NCBI GenBank assembly: GCA_051294375.1
Contig: CM119266.1
Location: forward strand, 12,211,432 to 12,268,419
Source: Paraspadella gotoi
Taxonomy: Eukaryota; Animalia; Chaetognatha
DNA: 56,988 nucleotides
Direction: 5' to 3'
This document shows, piece by piece, positions 29,498 through 39,304 of this stretch (position 1 is the stretch's first letter; the number at the start of each line of letters is the position of its first letter). The notes under the pieces are model-generated. The model made no database searches. It was not told the DNA's origin and was given only the letters and a program-made list of their open reading frames with translations. The translations under genes were made by a program, and so were the position numbers.

Positions 29498-29532
<35 letters not shown>

Positions 29533-32500
29533 GCTACCTTGAAAATTGATCTTCTCAAAAGAAAGAAGATCGAGGAGGTTCTCGAAGACCTTCCGCCCTT
29601 CGGCGACTTTGTTGTCCATCTTCTCCAGCGCCTCCATGACTTCGCTTCCGGTTCGACGCGGATGCGGACACTCCGCCTCGTGGGAGGTCATCTCGTGGAA
29701 CGGGCCGAGCCAGGAGCATCCGATGCGTGCGAACTTGCAAGGGACGCACCTGGTGGGACGCGGGGCAACGATGTATTATTATTTAAAATATCTCTCTCAA
29801 AACTTACTTAAACAGAGACTTCAATATTGATTGTCAAAGCACTGATGAAGGCTCTAACTGACTGAGCCGAAACATGTCTGGCTAATTATGTCAAAAAAAT
29901 CGTTGTCAAACCAAAACTGTTTTTCTCCTAAAATATATTTTAAAATAACTTTTTGAATAAAATCTCATTAAAATTAAATCAACAATTATTTAACCTTAAG
30001 TAAATTACAAAAATATGAATGCCAACCTGTCGGGGCATTCCTCCTTAACGTGGCGTTCGAGAGCGTTGCGCGGGAAATTCTCGCTGCAAAACTGACATTC
30101 GCTCGGCAGCTCGGCGACGGCTTTTTCCACCGCCAGATTTCTGACAATGAAGGGAAGTGAATGAATGAACGAATAAATGAACGAATAAACAAATGAATGA
30201 ATGACTGAAAGAAGGATTGAACGAAAAAGGTGAGGTAAAAATTGGTTTCGATTTTTGGAATGTATGATTGATTTAATTACATCTTTTGAGATGTTTGATT
30301 CTCGGGACGGTTTTTGATTAATTGGGTTTTATTTATTTATTGAAATAAATCTGATTGATAAGACGAAGTCCCTCTCCAACCTAGAACACAGCGTCTTGCT
30401 GATCTCGCATCTGCAATTGGGGCAGGTGCCAGTCTCGTTCTTCAGTCGCGCGTCCGCGAGGAGATGCGCGAAGCATCCGGCGCACATCAGGTGCCCGTTC
30501 GTACACTGCGGCAGGGGGGCCAGCGAGGAAAGAAAGGCGGGGGAAGAGGAAAGAAGGGAAGAGGAAGGACAAAAAGAAAGAAGAAAAGAGAAGGGGGGGG
30601 AAAAAGGAAGGGAGCCACGAAAAGGGAAGGAGAATCGAGGAAGAGAAGAGACAAGAAGAGACCAGATGGAAAGACAGACGGATGGACAGTGGGAAGAAAC
30701 CGGAACGAAATTCGAAGCGCCGACGCGACGTCACCAGGGGGCGCAGAAGGGAGGGGGACGAGGGAAGAGGATCGTCAAACAAAAGGCTCTCTGAGTTTCC
30801 TCCAGGTGCCGCGATTTTTTTTAGGTGTGACGAGCGCCCTCTTTAACCGCTCTACTGGCGTATTTTTAAATTTTTTTTATGGCACCGAACCTCGGGGCGC
30901 TCGTAACACCGATTTTACTTCACCTTGACCGAAGAATTCGAAGCTCCACCTGAAAGTGCGAAAAGAAAAAAAAAAACAACAAGGAAAAAATCTGCGTTAC
31001 TCCACTGTCGTGAATATTTTTTCATATTTTATTTCAAATTTTTAAAAATTTTATTTTGTACAATCGCTCATTTTACTAATTTATTAACTCATTACCTGAG
31101 ACAATTCTACCTGAGTTACGGAGGCAAACATAGATTAGGATACAAATGTCTTTAAATAGTAATAAATGAAAAACTAATAAAATGAATATTAAATAAAGTT
31201 ATAAAAAATATTATCATCCCCCTAAACTAAAAAAAAAATCAATCAATTAATCTGAACCTACACGGTGGTCCAAGGAGAATTGTAATAAGTTCGCCAGCCA
31301 CCGCAAGGAAAAGTCAATTAATCATTACGGCAAAAGTTCATTCGCTTGCGTGTACACAACGCGTAAAGTTCGAGCGAATTTAATTTTTCCCCAATCTTTT
31401 TTATTTTTTCTCTTTTTAAATTCAGTTCGATGGCATGAACGAAGTTGTCGATATAAAGTTTTCATACCGAGATTGGACACGAACTCTGTGTCTGCTCGAA
31501 ATCTCGAAGCACACGGTTGGCAAAAGTCTAGTTTCTTCATTTCTCTTACGTCAAGGAAATCAACTTTGAAAAACCTGACGACGCGTTGTATATGCGAAAA
31601 TAAATTAAAACTAAATGCATTTAAAACGGTGAAGATGTGAAAAAAAAATATAACGATAGAAAGCAAAAGGAAAAGAATTTGAAAATCCAGAGCGCATTAT
31701 CCCTTGGTTGATAATAGAAATGTCCCTAATTTAATTACGGTCAAGGGCGTAACTTGAAAGGAATTAAGGGGTGACGAATATTCCAGGGAGCCCTAAAAAG
31801 TTTCAAGTCCCAGATTTTGTCTGAATAACGAAATAAAATTATGTGAAAAACAGGTTTATAATCAACGAGCGAGGCTAGCAAAATATTTTCGAGTCATTTT
31901 ATGACAGTTTCGGTCTAACAACGTTGTAAATTAGGCGGAGAGAATGTAAGTTTTTTCTTTTAGTTTAAAGTTTCTGGGTCAAACAGTCAGCGCAGCAAAA
32001 GTTTCTTCACAGCAGTTTTTTTTTATCACCTATAATCTTTTGGTATCTTATTCAATATTAACTGTCAGAAGAAAATCCAATTTAATGTCAGAGACGGTAA
32101 TTTTTGTTTAAATTTGAAATAAAGGTGCAAAACAAATATAACTGAGAACACAAAAAAAGCTTTTGAGAAATTTAAGATTTTTTTTTCCTTCCCTCTTTTT
32201 TTTTTGGTGGATTAAAAACATTCCAAACTTAATTCCGTTTTTTCAATCTTCCCACCGAATGTCTAAGATCATTCTAGATCATTCTAGAACCTTTTTTGGT
32301 TTTAAATTCGAAGTTATAGGGCGATTCGTATTACGATGAGTCATAATCATAAAAAGGGCAAAAATTCATTGGCTGAAAACAAAATTAGTCAGAAAATTTG
32401 TACAAAAACCGTTGTTGACCTCGCGGTAATTGTCGTCGTTGTCGTCATCGTTAACGCTTTTTTGTGCAAACTTTCATATTGACCACCGGTGCGGTATCTT

Positions 32501-32856
32501 GTCTTTTCACTCCCGCAGTGTCGCTGTCGACACACTGTATTTCCCGTCAACAACCTCCGAACCTGATACACGGCGTTCCACGGTAGATCGAGACACACTG
32601 TGCAGCAGAGGACAACGTTGAGTCGCGACTCGAGCTTGGCGGCGACCTTGGGCGCGCCCGACCCGCTTCCGGCGCCGTCGAACAGGCGAGGCTTCTTCGC
32701 CGTCGGTTCGGGGTTGTCGGGCGTCTCCGGGCGGCTCGTCACCACGGACGCCGTGGCGTCGGTCGTGGTCGTCGTCGTCCCCGCGTCCGCGCTCGAGGAG
32801 ACGGTGGGCGTCTCGCTGGAGACGGGGTTCGTCGAAGGCTCAGCCTCCGTCTCCAT
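28603..32856 (-). CDS. CYHR1: Cysteine and histidine-rich protein 1 (zinc finger TRAF-type containing 1), 7 exons, 379 aa
   Basis: Exons 32856-32563, 30505-30381, 30140-30027, 29749-29538, 29463-29303, 29220-29137, 28752-28603 are all GT-AG and in phase (1140 nt). The protein has a RING-like [46 protein letters not shown], then [19 protein letters not shown], a TRAF-type [44 protein letters not shown], and ends [12 protein letters not shown]. Confidence 0.95.
29837..29883 (+). ncRNA. Minimal type I hammerhead ribozyme motif (Penelope-like/retrozyme type), antisense in CYHR1 intron 3
   Basis: CTGATGA (29842-48), A, stem II GGCTC/GAGCC (29850-54/29864-68), GAAA (29869-72), palindromic stem III ACATGT, cleavage triplet GTC (29876-78). 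Stem I is short and bulged (AGCA / TG-G-CT). Confidence 0.7.
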
Positions 32857-33905
32857 CGTTTCGACGGTCGAGGAAAAAAAAATGGGCGTGGCGAGACGAC
32901 GCGATAGGTCAAAAACAAGAAATGGCGGGGGGGTGGGTGGGGTAGAAAAACAATCGGAAAAAATACAAAAGGGGTGGGGTTCGAGAGGAGAGAGAGTGAG
33001 AGTGGGAGAGAGAGAGAGAGAGTGAGAGAGAAAGAGAAAATGGGCGTCGGTGGTTGTCGATTTTTATGCAACCCGAGTTTTGGATCGAAGATAGAGAGAA
33101 GAGGATAGTCGAGGATGGGCTTGCCCCTTCCAACGGGGAGGTCGATGCTGGAGAGAGTGACGACGACGACGACAACGACGAAAAAGACGATGATGAAGAC
33201 GTCGAAGTTGAGTGCAGAATGGGTTCGCCTCTCTGCCAATCGAGAAGGACATCAACATAGACGAAAGAACAAGAGAGAGAGAGAGAGAGAGAAAGGGATC
33301 GGGCAAGACGATACAAGCTTCCAACGAAGGCTCGTGTGTGGCTGGGAATCAGAACGTGAGGTCGAGAGGACGAGGAGAAATCAGCTTAATTTCAAAGGCG
33401 AAGAGGAAGAGGAAGAGGGAATTTTTTTTACGCATGAAGGTTGGAGTAGGAGAGCTCGACCAATCGGAGAGCGAAGGCCGTCAGCTGATATAAATAATTT
33501 ATTCTTCGATTCTTTGGTGCTTTTTGTAACATGGAACGGTGGATGTGGCAACCAGCTCGAAGCGCCCTACTTTGAAAAGGATCTTGTCGTTCGACCTTTC
33601 TCGGTTCTCGATTCGACACTTTAAAACGAGGATATTATTGATCGAGCATGTTCACTCCGGATGTAGAGAGATGCTGTTCTTTTATTTATTGCGGAAATAT
33701 TATAATCGCTAAAAGATTAGGCTTGAATTAGTTAGGCTTTCCGATTGAGAGTGGTGATAAGAAATGTGAGACTACTATTGATTAATAGTTGCCTATTTTA
33801 AATAAATTGGGCTAAATTTTACTTTCGCCGACCGCGGTTTTGGCGTTTTTTAAAAAAATACTTAAAAATACATATTTTTTAAAAAAATTTTAAAAAATAT
33901 TACAT

Positions 33906-34124
33906 TGTATTTTGACTTTCTTTTTGCTATTTAAAATAGTTTAGAGATGAAACGAAAAATTCGTTGTAATAGCAATTTTTTTATTTTTATTATTGTACAT
34001 GTTTCGACTCTTAGTGTTACGAGTCTACTTGCTGATGAAGACTCGTAACACTAAGAGTCGAAACATGTACAATAATAAAAATTAAAAAAATTGCTATTAC
34101 AACGAATTTTTCGTTTCATCTCTA
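33906..34124 (+). mobile_element. Penelope-like retroelement fragment: inverted duplication flanked by a 14-bp target-site duplication
   Basis: Near-perfect 87-bp inverted arms (33940-34026 / 34039-34126) with a 12-nt loop. The direct repeat AAAAAATATTACAT occurs at 33892-33905 and 34125-34138. Contains a hammerhead core. Confidence 0.6.
34029..34072 (+). ncRNA. Minimal type I hammerhead ribozyme motif (Penelope-like/retrozyme type)
   Basis: Stem I TTG/CAA, CTGATGA (34032-38), A, stem II GACTC/GAGTC (34040-44/34055-59), GAAA (34060-63), palindromic stem III ACATGT, cleavage triplet GTA (34067-69). Confidence 0.72.
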
Positions 34125-35054
34125 AAAAAATATTACATAATTATCCTAACTCTAAACCCTTTTAACTATAAACAGTAATTACCCTAAAATTATTTTAAAC
34201 TACCCTAAACTTACCCTAAACTACCCCGAAACCATTCTTAACCTTAACCCCTCCCTCACCCCGGTCGGCGAAAGTAAAATCAACCCGACATTTTTCGCTG
34301 TTACCGATTAATTTTTTCATACACTGTTAAATAGAAAGGTTTTAATTAGGAGCCCTTTGTTCTTTTGTTTTTCAATTTCACCACCGGAGATTTGCAGAAG
34401 GTGGCGGTGAAACCAATATGATGTGTAGATTAATTCTCAATATTTGAATTTTTATTCTGTTGTTTGCAAACAAATGAAAATTGCCGTTATGTTGCAGGTT
34501 TATAGACGTAGTGAAAGTACTTACGTTTCGTTGCTTTTTTAAAAATGTGTATAAAGGATAATTTATCGTTATCCTCATCATTGTTGAAGTTGGCGTCAAA
34601 GTCGTTACCATAGTTATATCTAAAAAATCAATTGTCAATGATCCATGTTAAATTGACAGCCATTAAGTAAACAATGTGGCAACGTCAAACAAATCTAAAT
34701 CAATTCATCAATCAAACAGCCAACATCATTTATCTAGTATCGAACATGAATTAGGCTTAAATGCAGAATGTTTAATCGAATTTAACGATTCCTTCCCAAC
34801 TCAACATAAATAATCACCATTGTTCACTTGTTTTTTGTTTTGTTTTTTGTTGTTTTTTTTTCTATTAAATTTTTGTTTAAAGGCAAACTAAAGTGTTGCT
34901 CGCCTAGATTTACCTTCTTCGACTAAGACTCGTTCGATCGAGAACCGACGAAAGGCAAATCTTTTTTAAGACGGGAAAATATTCTTTTTTCACTTGTTGC
35001 ACACAAGTGAGAATTTGGCACGAAATGAAGGAAGTGAAGGTAACGAAAGAGGGG

Positions 35055-35171
<117 letters not shown>

Positions 35172-35291
35172 TGTTATTTTCCCAAATCGGGTGCTCCTTC
35201 ACCTCCGCAGAAATTCAAGGCTAAGCAAATAAACTCTCGGCCCCCAGTGATAATTGCAAACTTCAACGGTCAATATTTTTTTTCGTTTTCT

Positions 35292-35372
<81 letters not shown>

Positions 35373-36169
35373 AAAATCAAACTAATTTTTTTTAAACAAG
35401 CCGGGGAAAGAGAGACTTTCTCGCCCTTCACCCGTTCGAGGTTCTGCATCAACCGGTCGATGTTTTTCAAGGATTTTCTCTGAGCTTTATTTCTTTTTTT
35501 TTTTTCTTTTTTAACTGCTGGCTCGGTGCGCGAGGCGAAGGCAGTAGCTCTTAATTAACCAAGACTAATGACAGCTGAAGAAGTAAGAACATTAATTTGT
35601 AATCTTTTATAAATGATCGAGCGACAATACTCTTTCATAGTAAACAAACGAGGGGAGGGAGATGAAACAAACTAGGGAAAAATATTGGTCAATGACCAAG
35701 TTGCAAAACAAATGTCGTCATTATATTATCTAATAGAACGCGGCAATGTCAATTCAAATATATTAATGATAGTACAATAAGCAAGATTCTCGAAATCAAC
35801 TACGCTATCTAACATTTCACCAACAAATTTATTGACTGGAGTTTTTTTATTTCTTGGGCGGGACTGAGGTGAAATTACTGGTTAACTACCTTGTTAATAT
35901 TTGTTCACAGTTTTGCTTTAGTAGTGTTCCGACTTGTCGCTGAAGAGGGCTTGTGAATCTAAATTTAATTCGGCGGAGTTCGGCATTTGACATACTCGCC
36001 GCGACATCCCTTATTTCATTGCTTTAGGTCGGGGTTAGTCGCCGCTTTCACCCCACTCTGCAATGCCGTTGCTCCTTCCAGAAGTGATCCACAGTTTCTC
36101 GCAAAACCCCATTGCAACGCCTCCCCATTCCGCAATGCCGCTCGCTTGCTCAAGGCGCCACACTGATCC

Positions 36170-37372
36170 TTACGCGGAATAATGTCTCTTTCGTCGAGAT
36201 CCCTCCTTGACGCAAATCTCTGACGATGTGGCGGACATTGGGGATCTGTGATTACACTCAGATCTGACGCCGCCGCCGAAGCCAAAGTCTTCCAACGGAA
36301 ATAAGTCATGGTGATTGCAAACGCCTGCGATGTGAAAAATGACGCTCTCGAGTCTTCGGCGCTTTTCTCCAAAGTCCGAATCGATGCCTGGAATGAACGG
36401 TGATGACGACGACGACGACGAAGATGATGACGACGAAGCCCAGGAGGTCGATGACAATGACGAAGAAGACGAACAAGGCGACGACAGGGTGTCTTCGCCT
36501 TCTCTCGAACGCGTTGTTGTCTCTGTCATCGCCTCCGTCGTCGTCGACGATATGGTGGTCAAGTCCATCGCAGTTTTCGACGTCTCCATCGTCAATTCTG
36601 CTGATGTTTCATCCTGCTTCGGTTCCGACGGCTCTCCCGTTCCTACTGCGGCTTCTGCTGCCGTACTCTCATCAGTCAGATCGACGCCGAACTCGCGCGC
36701 CATCGCGAGCCATGGCATGTCGTCGTCGTCGTTGGCGACGACATCGACGTGCTCCGACTTTTCTTCGTCGTTGGAGAAAATGTCAGAGACGATGTCGACG
36801 GCGACGTCGTTGCTATCGATCGACGATGACTCCGCGATCGCTTCCTCGCTGCGTCTATCGTCGGAGGCTTCGGCGCTGACTTCGCCGTCGCCCGTGGCTT
36901 CCATCGCTTTGTCGACAGAAACGACTTCGCCGCCGCCTTCTTTCGTCTCCGCCGCTTTCTTAGCGGCGTCGTCTTCCTTCGACTCCGCCGCTTTCTTAGC
37001 GGCGTCGTCCTTCGTCTCCTCTACTTTCTTAACGGCGTCGTCTTCCTTCGTCTCCGACGCTTTCTTAGCGGCGTCGTCTTCCTTCGTCTCCGCCGCTTTC
37101 TTGGCGGCGTCGCTGTCATCGACGCCTAATCCGTAGTAGACGTCGTCGTATCGCGCCACCTTCGTTCTATCGTCCGAGTCTATCAACTCCGCCACGTAGC
37201 AGCGCAGCGTCTTTTCCGCCTTTCGCAAGATGGTGTGCACGAGGATGCAGCGCTCCATGCGAGGCTCGTCGAATCGCTTTTTACCGCGACATCTCGGTTT
37301 AAAATTGAGGTTGTTGAGTTTAATCTCCGATCGCTCGATTATGGTGGAGAGTTTTTCGCGCTCGACGGTCAT
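36170..37372 (-). CDS. Intronless SERTA/IER-like domain protein, 400 aa
   Basis: Single 1203-nt ORF with ATG in a CCACCATCATG context. The N-terminal EKLSTIIERSEIKL...EPRMERCILVHTILRKAEKTL resembles the SERTA pattern (I..S..KL...EP.LRRSVLI.N.LR.I). It is followed by 12-aa repeats, an acidic/Ser-rich region and a KRRR NLS-like motif. Confidence 0.65.
   Translation of the reverse strand: MTVEREKLSTIIERSEIKLNNLNFKPRCRGKKRFDEPRMERCILVHTILRKAEKTLRCYVAELIDSDDRTKVARYDDVYYGLGVDDSDAAKKAAETKEDDAAKKASETKEDDAVKKVEETKDDAAKKAAESKEDDAAKKAAETKEGGGEVVSVDKAMEATGDGEVSAEASDDRRSEEAIAESSSIDSNDVAVDIVSDIFSNDEEKSEHVDVVANDDDDMPWLAMAREFGVDLTDESTAAEAAVGTGEPSEPKQDETSAELTMETSKTAMDLTTISSTTTEAMTETTTRSREGEDTLSSPCSSSSSLSSTSWASSSSSSSSSSSSPFIPGIDSDFGEKRRRLESVIFHIAGVCNHHDLFPLEDFGFGGGVRSECNHRSPMSATSSEICVKEGSRRKRHYSA
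36939..37118 (-). repeat. Coding tandem repeat, ~36-bp unit (DDAAKKAAETKE) x5
   Basis: The unit ttcgtctccgccgctttcttagcggcgtcgtcttcc is visible repeated on the + strand; one unit is 33 bp. Confidence 0.85.
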
Positions 37373-37784
37373 GATGGTGGAAATAGTTTTGGGGTGGGGA
37401 TTGTGATGTTGTTAAATGGTTCACGGATTGTACCGGCGATGGTTCTCGGTTCACGGGACCGCGTGGCCTTGTCGTCTATCCCTGAACAAATATTCAGCTT
37501 AACCCGCGACGAAGAAAGTCCATATCATGATTGTTAAGTCGCGAGTCTTCTCTTGTTTGTTTGTCTTTTACTGTTCCCCTTCGAGAGTGATAAAAAGAGT
37601 GGGCGAGAGACGGACGAAGAGAGAGACTGAGACGCGGCGAGTGAAAGAGAGACCGAGGGAGAGAAAGAGAGAGAGAGGGAATACTTTTTATTATCCCTTT
37701 AAACGTCGGCGAATGCTCCGTTGTTGAATCGGAAGGAAAATAGTCCCTGCGTTTGGAGAAAGAAAAAAAATGTGTAAAGAATCG

Positions 37785-37819
<35 letters not shown>

Positions 37820-37850
37820 CTTTCTTCTTTTCTTTCTTCCTGCCCCTCCT

Positions 37851-37893
<43 letters not shown>

Positions 37894-38305
37894 CCGTGTG
37901 TATTTTTTTGTTTCGGCCTTTCACACACACACACAAAAAAAGTTCGCAAGTTAATCCGTTACTCGCTTTGCTTTTCTCTCTCTCTTTCTCTCTCTCTCTT
38001 TCTCTGCTTCTCGCCGAATTGAAAAGGAATGACGAAATTCGAAAATCGTTTTGTATTTTTTTTTAGTTCCTATTTTTTTTTCTTCAACCGAACGAGATTT
38101 AAAGGAAAAAGAAGTGGCTCCTGAAAACGATAGAGCGAGAGACGACACACACAAGGCGAAGACGATAACGACGACGAAGAATTGAGTTGAGGGAGTTTTT
38201 ATTCCGAAGGCGACGATGATAACGACGATGATGAAGATGACGATGTCTTCCTTTTAGAACGAAAAGAAGAAAAAAAAATCTCTCTTCCGAAATCGGAGAA
38301 CGATC

Positions 38306-38349
<44 letters not shown>

Positions 38350-38586
38350 GTCGTTCTTAGTCAGTCTTTTGGGCAACGGTATTTTTTTTCCCGCGCTTAC
38401 GCAACCCAATGAAAAAAAACCCCAGATATTTAGTAGCGTGAATTATCTTGTTTTTAACCATATTAATCGTGTGTTGACATTTTTACTCTTAATCCGATGA
38501 CTAAGATCGTAAGGACGATAGGCAAACGCGAAAATTCAATCGAGTGCGAGTCTCTTTCTCTCTCTTTTAGTCGATGATCGGCGAGA

Positions 38587-38699
<113 letters not shown>

Positions 38700-38857
38700 G
38701 GCAGAAGAGCTATCCTACTCTCGGTAGGCCCTTTCTTTAATTGGCTTTCACCAAAACGAAACAAACGACTATGAAGACGACGATAAAGACGACGATAACG
38801 ACGAGCAGGACGACGACGCGACGAAGACGATTCTTTTTAAGAGTTGGTGTGCGCGAA

Positions 38858-38901
<44 letters not shown>

Positions 38902-39053
38902 AAAAGGGTCATCGGAGAAAAGAAGGGACCGGAACGGCGAACGGTAGAGATAGAGAGATGGAAAAACCCGCTCGATTGGACGCCCGAGGGGAAGCGTCGC
39001 GATTAGGAGCCAATTACCTCCGCCAATGGAATCTCGCGATTCCATGGATGAGG

Positions 39054-39097
<44 letters not shown>

Positions 39098-39260
39098 AGA
39101 TAGAAGAAGAGGAGAGACTCTCTCCTTGATCTCTCACCGAGTCGTTGGTGCCGAAAACAATGCTTTGACAACCACGAAGGAGACTCGAAGCTGTTGTCGT
39201 ATTGGCTCTATCGAGGTCGACGAGCGAGAGTGAGACAGTTCCTGCGTGAATGTGTAGTAG

Positions 39261-39304
<44 letters not shown>

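Larger units (their letters stand above)
33809..34286. mobile_element. MITE-like element with terminal inverted repeats and telomere-like (ACCCTAA) tract, hosting a nested insertion
   Basis: A perfect 19-bp inverted repeat ATTTTACTTTCGCCGACCG (33816-33834 / 34262-34280) extends imperfectly to GGG...CCC ends. Degenerate TACCCTAAAC repeats lie at 34180-34250. Confidence 0.55.

Noticed and set aside
36339-37136. 265-aa + strand ORF opposite the SERTA-like gene
   Set aside because: Antisense shadow of repetitive GC-rich coding sequence; the minus frame holds the recognisable motif.
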